A stretch of DNA of 38,639 nucleotides from Bacillales bacterium UBA4365 (GTDB lineage: Bacteria > Bacillota_I > Bacilli_A > RFN20 > CAG-826): the NCBI GenBank assembly GCA_002393905.1, contig DGSJ01000054.1, forward strand, positions 1-38,639. Reading direction: 5' to 3'. Each line of letters opens with the position of its first letter. The stretch's first letter is position 1. This document shows, in pieces, positions 26,593-33,830 of this stretch. Both the position numbers and the translations under genes were made by a program. The notes beneath the pieces were generated by a model. That model was given only the letters and a program-made list of their open reading frames with translations. It was not told the DNA's origin and searched no databases.

Positions 26593-29028
26593 TTAATACC
26601 AACTAAATGTTCCGTAATTACGGTTCATGTCACACCAAGTAGTAAATTTCGAGGTATAGACATAGTCGGTGTGGTTGTAATTTGATTTGCTAATTTGCAT
26701 GGTATAGCCAGATGGAGCAAAAGCAACAAAGGCATTTAATCCTGATGGCTTTTTGGATTGATAATCACTACAACTATTACAGTATTCGTTTGATGCAATT
26801 AAGTTATCAAAAGCACTAACAACCGTTGATGTTTCCGCAGCGCCTAAATTTAGAAGTAAGCCACGCATATCGACATCGCCGAAGCATGCTTTATCCCACT
26901 CAGAGAAACGAAGGGTATTTAAAGCTTTATTCTTAACATTGTCAAACGACTCTTGATTATCGTAACCAGCAGTAAATTCGTTAAAGGCATTAATAAATGC
27001 TGACATATTATCAAGCTTAATTGCTGATAAAACTTGCTTATTGCGATAGTTATTTCCATATGCGCTAACAAAATCTTCGCAAATTGTATTAAGTAAATCA
27101 GTAGTGACTAATTCTGTGCCATCCTCAACATTTCGATAAAGCTTACTGACCCAGTTGGTGTAAGACCAGCCGTTTCCATCTTCTAGTTCTTGTGAAGCAA
27201 TTTGATAGTGGAAATAATCAGCGTTAATAGAAGCAATATCAGCCACCTGCATCGTACAGCAGTCATAACCAATCCACTCTAATTTTGTTTTACTAGAACC
27301 AGTTCCAAGAACTTTCTGTAAGGCTCGGTAAAGTTCGGCTGGAGTCAATGCATCGTTATAATAATTTTCGTCATTACAGCACCCATTCATTCCGCCGCCA
27401 TGGTTCCAAAGAATAACTCCAGTTTTATCAGCTGGATAGTTTGTAAGACCCCATTGTAAGAATGATTCAAATGTGGATGATTCTCCCATGCTAGAATCAG
27501 TTGGTTGTTGATTAGCACTGACTCTTTCAAGTTTTGCAGAGCTATTCAATTTCCAACGAGTTAAGGCTGTAGGAATTTTACTAGCATCACTTGTGATCAT
27601 TTTTGAAGAAGAACTCCAAGAAGTTGTACCACCAGTTTCAAGAACAATATTTACATCATCTGGTATAGCGCCAGCTTTAACAATTTCTTTTAAATCTGTT
27701 GTAGCATAACCAAATCCAGATTCAAGATCTGATCCACAAACATAAAGAAGAATTGTATAAGCATCCTGACTGGAAGGTTCAATGACACTAATTTGTGCTG
27801 TAGCACTCTTATATGTGCCATCTGGGTTTTTAAAGACGGATGTTGCAGTAATTGTGACTGGTCCGCCAATTTGCTTACCAGTAATTTCACCGGTTGATGG
27901 ATTAATTTCAGCAATCGATGGATTAGATGAACTCCATGTGACTGCTTTTTGAGCAGGAGTTAATCCTGTTCCTAAAACAGTTGCTTCGGCTATAGTTGTT
28001 TTTCCTTCTTTCACTTTATCAGCAACGCTAATCGAAATGTTTGAGACTCTTGGAGTAGTATCATTAACGCTAATTTTGACGCTCGCAAACTTTGTAGAAT
28101 CAAAGGTTGAAGTTGCAGTAATTGTTACTGGGGAAATGGTTAAAGCTTTTGCTGAAACTAATCCAGTAGAAGCATTAACTTCGATCTTATTTGGATCACT
28201 ACTTGTCCATGTTACAGATTCTGGAGCACCATATGTAACAGAAACTTTAGCAGTAAATTGCACGGATTTTTTGTTTAGTGGTTCATATAAATCAAGGGCA
28301 TAGGAACCGGAGACTTCTTCACTGCCGTTCATGATTTTGACACTTTCAATTGTTGGAGTTGTATTAACGACTCTTACAGTAACAGTGTACTTTTTGCTTG
28401 GATCTTTAGCTGACGAAGCAGTAACAATTCCGTTACCTACTTTTGTTGCAGTTACTAGACCATTTTTATCAACGCTAAAGCAATCATAACCATTATAAGT
28501 CCAGTTAACTAATTGACTTGGCGAATTCTTGCCTAAAACGGTTGCTGTTAATTGAAGGGTGCTTTCTGTTTTTAAGTCAATCACTGGTTCAGCAGGATTA
28601 ACAACAACACCTTCAATGACAGGAACATCATTTATTACGCTAATTCGGCAAGTTGCATAAGCTTCTTCATTTGATTTAGAAATAGCAGAAATCGTTGCTT
28701 CACCGATACCAACAGCAGAAACAACACCGTTTTCAACGGTAACAATTGATTGATTGGATGTAACCCAAGAAACAGTGCGGTCATAGTTGCCAATTCCACT
28801 AACAGTAGCAATTAATGTTTCAACTGTATAAGGATTTTCTTGGTTTAAATTAAAATTGATTTCTTCACGATTAAAACTAACAGCTGTAACTTCACTAATA
28901 ACTCCTTGCCCCGAGGTCAAAGACGTAGAAGGGATTTCTGAAGACGGTTGTTGTCTCCTTCTTGGTGTACCAGCTGTACATCCCGCAAGAAGCAGAGCCG
29001 ATAATGTTAGAGCAATCAATTTCTTCAT
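26593..29028 (-). CDS. Lipoprotein with four Big_2-like Ig domains and a C-terminal clostripain-like (peptidase C11) domain
   Basis: Lipobox LLAGC (Cys17). Four repeats of about 90 aa with V.W.SS....(A/V)....G.V.A...G...ItA (aa 47-416). C11-like half (aa 425-811) has the YTILLYVCGSDLE start, His motif ILWNHGGG and Cys motif WIGYDCCTMQ. Confidence 0.7.
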   Translation of the reverse strand: MKKLIALTLSALLLAGCTAGTPRRRQQPSSEIPSTSLTSGQGVISEVTAVSFNREEINFNLNQENPYTVETLIATVSGIGNYDRTVSWVTSNQSIVTVENGVVSAVGIGEATISAISKSNEEAYATCRISVINDVPVIEGVVVNPAEPVIDLKTESTLQLTATVLGKNSPSQLVNWTYNGYDCFSVDKNGLVTATKVGNGIVTASSAKDPSKKYTVTVRVVNTTPTIESVKIMNGSEEVSGSYALDLYEPLNKKSVQFTAKVSVTYGAPESVTWTSSDPNKIEVNASTGLVSAKALTISPVTITATSTFDSTKFASVKISVNDTTPRVSNISISVADKVKEGKTTIAEATVLGTGLTPAQKAVTWSSSNPSIAEINPSTGEITGKQIGGPVTITATSVFKNPDGTYKSATAQISVIEPSSQDAYTILLYVCGSDLESGFGYATTDLKEIVKAGAIPDDVNIVLETGGTTSWSSSSKMITSDASKIPTALTRWKLNSSAKLERVSANQQPTDSSMGESSTFESFLQWGLTNYPADKTGVILWNHGGGMNGCCNDENYYNDALTPAELYRALQKVLGTGSSKTKLEWIGYDCCTMQVADIASINADYFHYQIASQELEDGNGWSYTNWVSKLYRNVEDGTELVTTDLLNTICEDFVSAYGNNYRNKQVLSAIKLDNMSAFINAFNEFTAGYDNQESFDNVKNKALNTLRFSEWDKACFGDVDMRGLLLNLGAAETSTVVSAFDNLIASNEYCNSCSDYQSKKPSGLNAFVAFAPSGYTMQISKSNYNHTDYVYTSKFTTWCDMNRNYGTFSWY

Positions 29029-29147
29029 AACTTTTTTCTTCCACCCTTTTGGAGTGGAAAATTATTTTAGAATATTTTTATTTATAAAACAATCAAATAA
29101 ACACATGTTTTGTGTTTTTTGAATGCGATATAGCGATTAATACCAAA

Positions 29148-29175
29148 TAAAAAAAGCAGAGCAATTAAACTCTGC
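29148..29175 (-). terminator. Rho-independent terminator after tRNA-Gly(CCC)
   Basis: On the minus strand: GCAGAG-tttaattg-CTCTGC followed by TTTTTTT. Confidence 0.65.
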
Positions 29176-29179
29176 AAAT

Positions 29180-29253
29180 TGGAGCACCTGGCGGGAATCG
29201 AACCCGTACAATCAGCTTGGGAAGCTGATGTTCTACCACTAAACTACAGGTGC
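29180..29253 (-). tRNA. tRNA-Gly (anticodon CCC)
   Basis: 74-nt cloverleaf GCACCTG..CAGGTGC-T-CCA with anticodon stem TCAGC/GCTGA and loop TTCCCAA. Confidence 0.85.
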
Positions 29254-29255
29254 AT

Positions 29256-29284
29256 AGAAAAAGCCTACAAATCGTAGGCTTTTA
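29256..29284. terminator. Rho-independent terminator after CDS 29293..30660
   Basis: AGCCTAC-aaatc-GTAGGCT 7-bp stem flanked by an A-run and a T-run. Confidence 0.65.
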
Positions 29285-29292
29285 ATTAAAAA

Positions 29293-30660
29293 TTAAAGAG
29301 AACTAATTTTGCCTTCGGAATCATGAAGACGAACAGCGACGCCATAGACACGTTTCACTGCTTGACCATATTTGATGGCTTCTTCTTCTGAATCATAGAC
29401 AGCAAAAGGCTTCTTTTCACCAACTTGTTTCAGTTGGTATTTACCTTCTTTGTTCTTAGAGATGTGCACTGGTTTATCACTACTGACCTTTGGTGCTTCA
29501 ACCTCTTCTTCAACTTTTTCTTCTGGTTTTTCTTCTGGAACACGGATGATTTCTTCAACGTATTCAACTGGTTCTTCCTCTTCATGTTCACGGAAGAATG
29601 GAAGGTCGACATATTCGTCATCTTCCTCTTCGTGGTTTGGACCATTGTAATGGCTCATAGCACGAACAATTTCGAGCTCTTCTTCGCTAAGTTCATCATC
29701 TTCTTGAGGTTTGCTATTTAAGAAAGCATGAATACTTTCAGGAACAGGTTCTTCTTCGGCTTCAACCTTTGGCTGACAGTTACGAAGTGCTTCAATAATA
29801 CGAAGTTCATCATCTGTATAAATTGCTTCATCTTCGTGACTTGGAACAAAGTTTGGATCAAACATTGGAAGTGTTTCTCCTTGTTCTTCAGCTTCGTGTT
29901 TTGCATCTAACCAAGCAAGAATTTCTTCTGGAATTTCATCTTCATAACGATACTTTGAAGCAGCTAAAATAGCATCAATTTCATCGTCACGGACATAGTG
30001 TCCTTTTAAGACATGGTTTTCACCACGTTCAATGTGGTCAACCTTATGTTTAATAACTTCTGGTTCACGTTCAATATGGTGTGATTGTTTTTCAAACAAA
30101 ACTGGTGGGAGATCGTCATAGTTAATTTCGACCTCTTCCTTTTCTTTTGCTTTAGCAGCTTTCTTAGCAGCTTTACGAGCCTTAGCGGCCTTAAACATAA
30201 TAATGACGTGGATAACAAATGCCGCAATGAATAAGACAATTGCGCCAATCTCAACGTATTGCATAATCACATAACCGGCATTATCAATTTCCGCAGCAAC
30301 AGCAGCGGCATTAAAAACAGCATCAACAAAAACGCCTAAAGCGCCAAATGTTAATGTAATAACAGCGATAAATCCGAATAAAATACCAATGAGACGTTTT
30401 TTAACGATTCCAAAAACGATCCAAAGGACAAGTAAAAGCGATCCAACAAGTGGAGCGACAAGCATGATTATAATAGCAAGTCCAAATAGTTCAATTGCAG
30501 CTGAGAAATCTTTGAAGATATCACCAAGTTTTTCAAAAATTCCACCAAAATCAAACTCAGCACCAGGTAAAGGTGAGACTAGTGGATAAACTAGTGGCAA
30601 AATGGCAGCAACCACCGCAACAGGAATGAGGATTGCTAAGACGATTTTTAATACTTTCAT
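29293..30660 (-). CDS. Polytopic membrane protein with lysine/alanine patch, long acidic region and C-terminal DUF2188-like domain
   Basis: AAGGAAGG upstream of ATG 30660. About 5 TM helices, then KAAKARKAAKKAAKAKEKEE and a Glu/Asp-rich region. The tail KPVHISKNKEGKYQLKQVGEKKPFAVYDSEEEAIKYGQAVKRVYGVAVRLHDSEGKI fits the DUF2188 pattern. Confidence 0.6.
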   Translation of the reverse strand: MKVLKIVLAILIPVAVVAAILPLVYPLVSPLPGAEFDFGGIFEKLGDIFKDFSAAIELFGLAIIIMLVAPLVGSLLLVLWIVFGIVKKRLIGILFGFIAVITLTFGALGVFVDAVFNAAAVAAEIDNAGYVIMQYVEIGAIVLFIAAFVIHVIIMFKAAKARKAAKKAAKAKEKEEVEINYDDLPPVLFEKQSHHIEREPEVIKHKVDHIERGENHVLKGHYVRDDEIDAILAASKYRYEDEIPEEILAWLDAKHEAEEQGETLPMFDPNFVPSHEDEAIYTDDELRIIEALRNCQPKVEAEEEPVPESIHAFLNSKPQEDDELSEEELEIVRAMSHYNGPNHEEEDDEYVDLPFFREHEEEEPVEYVEEIIRVPEEKPEEKVEEEVEAPKVSSDKPVHISKNKEGKYQLKQVGEKKPFAVYDSEEEAIKYGQAVKRVYGVAVRLHDSEGKISSL

Positions 30661-30712
30661 AAGAAAAAACCTTCCTTTTATGCGCTAACATTATAACACG
30701 CACACACCAAAA

Positions 30713-30742
30713 GCAAAATAAAAACTCCAGCAAACACTGGAG
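30713..30742 (-). terminator. Rho-independent terminator after the tRNA-Thr/tRNA-Val pair
   Basis: On the minus strand: CTCCAG-tgtttg-CTGGAG followed by TTTTTATTTT. Confidence 0.65.
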
Positions 30743-30754
30743 TATTTATGTTTT

Positions 30755-30830
30755 TGGTGGATGCTACAGGGCTCGAACCTGTGACCTTCTGTACGTCAAA
30801 CAGATGCTCTCCCAGCTGAGCTAAACATCC
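30755..30830 (-). tRNA. tRNA-Val (anticodon GAC)
   Basis: 76-nt cloverleaf GGATGTT..AGCATCC-A-CCA with anticodon stem TCTGT/ACAGA and loop TTGACGT. G at position 37 is atypical for Val. Confidence 0.75.
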
Positions 30831-30839
30831 ATGGGAATT

Positions 30840-30915
30840 TGGTGCCGTCAGACGGAATTGAACCATCGACCTACTGATTACGAGACAGTTGCTCTACCTG
30901 CTGAGCTATGACGGC
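30840..30915 (-). tRNA. tRNA-Thr (anticodon CGU)
   Basis: 76-nt cloverleaf GCCGTCA..TGACGGC-A-CCA with loop CTCGTAA. GAGCAACTG...TAATCAGTAGGT matches Bacillus-type tRNA-Thr. There is a U-U mismatch at 31-39. Confidence 0.85.
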
Positions 30916-30991
30916 AGAGGGCGTGATTATATTAAATGATTCCTTAGAACATTTCAATAATAACTTTTGAAATCTTTAGCTCAAAAATCAA

Positions 30992-31786
30992 TTAATAAAG
31001 TTTTCCGACCACCCAGTTAAAAAATCTGGTTGGGAAAATCTTGGCTAAGAAACAGAATAATTTGTATTTTCCACCACCGACATAAAGTGGTTTTACCCGA
31101 GATTTGCTGGTTATTTTGCATAATTTCTTCGCCATTTTGTCAGGACTCATTCCGTGTGTTTCGTCGTGTTCCATGGTCTTAATTGATTTGTCTAAACGAG
31201 TATAGACATCACTACCTTCGATCGACTTTTCTCGAGCAGCAGTAAAGCCGGTTGAAACATCTCCTGGCATTAAAGCACAAACAGAAATATGGAATGGACG
31301 GAGTTCATTAGCTAAAGCAAGTGTTAATGAATTCATTGCTGCTTTAGCGGCACTATAGAAACTCTGGAATGGGATTGAGAAAATAGCAGCGACTGAACTA
31401 ACAAAGATGATTCGACCACGTTGTTCTTTTCTCATATGAGGAACAACAGCCTTCACCACATTTAATGCACCAAAAAAGTTCACATCAAATTGCTTTTTAG
31501 CGTCTTCAGTCTTCGTGAATTCGATTGGTCCTGAAATACCAAAACCGGCATTATTGATTAAAACATCAATATGACCTTGTTCACTGATAACTTGTTCAAT
31601 GGCAGCTTTGACTGTATCTTCGTTTGTGACATCACAAAAAATGTGCTTTACGCCATCAAAAGATTTGCCTGAACGAGATAACTCATAGACAACGTGTCCT
31701 TTGGATGCAAAAAGTTTCACTGTGGCTAAACCAATGCCACTAGATCCACCTGTTAAAACGATGACCTTAGTCTTCTGTTTTTTCAT
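30992..31786 (-). CDS. Classical SDR oxidoreductase (candidate 3-keto-sphingoid/dehydrocapnine-type reductase)
   Basis: TGGSSGIG cofactor motif, NNAG, catalytic YSAAKAA. ATG 31786 lies 20 nt inside the 3' end of the upstream alpha-oxoamine synthase gene. Confidence 0.75.
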   Translation of the reverse strand: MKKQKTKVIVLTGGSSGIGLATVKLFASKGHVVYELSRSGKSFDGVKHIFCDVTNEDTVKAAIEQVISEQGHIDVLINNAGFGISGPIEFTKTEDAKKQFDVNFFGALNVVKAVVPHMRKEQRGRIIFVSSVAAIFSIPFQSFYSAAKAAMNSLTLALANELRPFHISVCALMPGDVSTGFTAAREKSIEGSDVYTRLDKSIKTMEHDETHGMSPDKMAKKLCKITSKSRVKPLYVGGGKYKLFCFLAKIFPTRFFNWVVGKLY

Positions 31787-32948
31787 TATTTACGACTTCA
31801 GCAATAATATCCGCTGCTTCATCGATGAGTTTTTCATTATGTGTGGCCATTAAGGTAACACGTAATAAACATTCACCTTCAGGTGCAGCTGGAGAAACTA
31901 CTGGATTAACATAAACTCCTTTTTCAAAGAGTTTTTGAGCAATAATAAATGTTCTACGAGCAGTGTATGTATAAATTGGAACGATTGGAGTTGAAGCTTC
32001 AACGATTTGAAGTCCTCTCTTGCGGAAGGCATCACGGGCATAGTCTCCAAGTTCTTTTAAACGAGTAACCATCTCTGGTCTAGCTTCAAGTTCTCTTAAT
32101 GCTTGAAGTGCCGAGGCAGTAGAAGCTGGAGTTAATGAAGCAGAGAAAATGAATGGACGAGAGACGTGACGGACATAGTCACAAACCTTCTTTGAAGCCG
32201 CCATACATCCTCCGATGGATGCTAAGGACTTCGAGAAGGTATTCATAATGACATCGACCTGGTCTTCTAGACCAAAGTATGAAGCAGTACCACGACCACC
32301 TTCACCTAAAACACCTAAGCTATGAGCATCGTCAACCATGACACGAGCGCCATATTTCTTTGCCAATGCGCAGATTTCTGGAAGCTTGCAGATATCTCCT
32401 CTCATTGAGAAGACACCATCAGTAACAATTAAGATACCAGCGGTTTGAGGAATACTTTTAAGTTGGGCTTCTAAGTCTTCCATATCGCTGTGACGATATC
32501 TTAAAACTTTGGCATAGCTGAGTTTACAGGCATCATAGATGGAAGCGTGGTTTTCACGGTCATTTAGAATGTAATCTCCAAATCCAGCTAGGGCAGAAAT
32601 AATACCTAAGTTAGATTGGAAACCAGTCGAAAAGACCACTGCATCTTCTTTGTGTAAGAATTTAGCGATTTCGCCTTCTAATTCTTTGTGTAAATCTAAA
32701 GTTCCATTAAGGAAGCGGGAACCGGAACAACCAGAACCATACTTTTCTAAAGCTTTGATCCCGGCATCAATAACGTTTTGGTTTTCGGTTAAGCCAAGAT
32801 AGTTATTTGAACCAAGCATAATAACGCGATGGCCTTCCATAACTACTTCTGGGGCTTGTCTAGACTGTAATTCGTGAAAGTATGGGTAGATACCTTCTTT
32901 ACGAGCCATTTCAAGCAATGGGTGATTGTATTTTGAAAATAAATCCAT
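31767..32948 (-). CDS. PLP-dependent alpha-oxoamine synthase, serine palmitoyltransferase-like
   Basis: ORF trimmed to ATG 32948 (MDLFSKYNHPLLEMARKEGIYPYFHEL..). Motifs: GSNNYLGL, GSGCSGSRFLNGTLDLHKELE, ENHASIYDA, DDAHSLG and the PLP-lysine motif NTFSKSLASIGG. Collinear with my recollection of the Sphingomonas and Bacteroidetes SPT sequences. Confidence 0.75.
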   Translation of the reverse strand: MDLFSKYNHPLLEMARKEGIYPYFHELQSRQAPEVVMEGHRVIMLGSNNYLGLTENQNVIDAGIKALEKYGSGCSGSRFLNGTLDLHKELEGEIAKFLHKEDAVVFSTGFQSNLGIISALAGFGDYILNDRENHASIYDACKLSYAKVLRYRHSDMEDLEAQLKSIPQTAGILIVTDGVFSMRGDICKLPEICALAKKYGARVMVDDAHSLGVLGEGGRGTASYFGLEDQVDVIMNTFSKSLASIGGCMAASKKVCDYVRHVSRPFIFSASLTPASTASALQALRELEARPEMVTRLKELGDYARDAFRKRGLQIVEASTPIVPIYTYTARRTFIIAQKLFEKGVYVNPVVSPAAPEGECLLRVTLMATHNEKLIDEAADIIAEVVNNEKTED

Positions 32949-32981
32949 TGTTCTAACCTCACTTTTCAAAAAAGCACGAGT

Positions 32982-33010
32982 ATTATATTCATAAAATATG
33001 AAACTGTAAA
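32982..33010 (-). promoter_or_regulatory. Sigma-70-type promoter for the SPT-like/SDR operon
   Basis: On the minus strand: TTTACA (33010-33005), 17 nt, TATAAT (32987-32982). GTGAGGT SD lies 8 nt before ATG 32948. Confidence 0.6.
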
Positions 33011-33073
33011 ACATTTTCTTTCAAATATATAAAATAATTTGAGAATTGCTGGAGATAAATTTAATGAGCAAAT

Positions 33074-33096
33074 AAAAAAAAGATTGTTAACAATCT
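33074..33096 (-). terminator. Putative rho-independent terminator
   Basis: Palindrome AGATTGTTAACAATCT (33081-33096) followed on the minus strand by TTTTTTT. Lies about 120 nt downstream of the stop at 33214. Confidence 0.5.
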
Positions 33097-33213
33097 CCTT
33101 TTGTCTAAGTACTACGAGAATGATACAAAGAACTTTTTATGGGGCAAAAGAACTTTTTTGGCCTAATAAACTTTTATTTTATCTTTACAAAAAGTTTTTC
33201 ACTGTTGCTTATT

Positions 33214-33828
33214 TTAATATCTTTCTTCTTCTCCCGTTGGGTAAAAATACATTGCTCTATCATTTAATTCTTCAATATTTATTGGGTCATCAAATTCAGA
33301 ATATTTCTTAATATCAAAATTCCAAGGTTTATATATTCCTCTATCTTCATCTTCTCCATCGAAGTCTTTATCTATTTCGCCTTCAAAATAAGCGTATAAA
33401 GATCTGATATTGTCTTCCCAAATTCCCATGCCTTTTGCGTCCAATACAAAACCAACAGGGAAACCTTCGTCATCTTCATATTCTTTTGTGACAATTGTTT
33501 TATAGATTTTACAATCAAAATCCCAGCCATCACCTGTGTCATATTCGAAAACAAAGTGTTCTGGTAGGTCTTTAATTGTTTTATCTTTAAATGCTTCATT
33601 ATCCCTGTTGCCCATATAATTCCATTCATCTACCCATGATGAAGGAAGAAGGGATTTATCTTTTAATCTATATAAGAAAAAATGCTCTAATGTACCACCA
33701 AAGATATCAACAATTAATTCTCCTAATTCTCCAAGATTTATATCTTCTCTCACTAAAAATGTACGATAGAATCTTCCTTTTTTAGCATATTTGAAATCCG
33801 CTCTTATTTTGAAATATTTAATTTCCAT
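33214..33828 (-). CDS. pRiA4b ORF-3-like (MM3350-like) domain protein
   Basis: The opening YFKIRADFKYAKKGRFYRTFLVREDINLGELGELIVDIFGG..HFFLY and the later FEYDTGDGWDFDCKIY fit the family signature (..wR.i.V....tl.dLh..Iq...gw...HL..F ... Y.YDfGD.W.H.i). Start is either ATG 33828 (2 nt after the upstream TGA) or GTG 33834 (GTGA overlap). Confidence 0.6.
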   Translation of the reverse strand: MEIKYFKIRADFKYAKKGRFYRTFLVREDINLGELGELIVDIFGGTLEHFFLYRLKDKSLLPSSWVDEWNYMGNRDNEAFKDKTIKDLPEHFVFEYDTGDGWDFDCKIYKTIVTKEYEDDEGFPVGFVLDAKGMGIWEDNIRSLYAYFEGEIDKDFDGEDEDRGIYKPWNFDIKKYSEFDDPINIEELNDRAMYFYPTGEEERY

Positions 33829-33830
33829 AA

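Noticed and set aside
29107-29128. Hairpin AAACACA-tgttt-TGTGTTT as an additional terminator.
   Set aside because: The T-run is short on the plus strand and interrupted on the minus strand. No plus-strand gene is upstream, and a better terminator already follows tRNA-Gly(CCC) at 29148-29175.
29425-30589. A cluster of overlapping ORFs on both strands within 29293..30660.
   Set aside because: These are artefacts of the GAA/GAG-rich acidic coding region. Only the 455-aa frame has a strong SD, TM helices and a recognisable C-terminal domain.
30678-30866. ORFs from the six-frame track that overlap tRNA genes: 30678..30866, 35175..35411, 20251..20433 and 38024..38272.
   Set aside because: They are read through well-formed tRNA cloverleaves, or run antisense to polC. 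Their protein sequences are low-information, and they have no SD or plausible start context.
33039-33311. A 90-aa plus-strand ORF in the intergenic region upstream of the SPT-like operon.
   Set aside because: It overlaps the 3' end of the pRiA4b-like CDS and runs through a terminator palindrome. There is no SD, and the translation is low complexity and hydrophobic.
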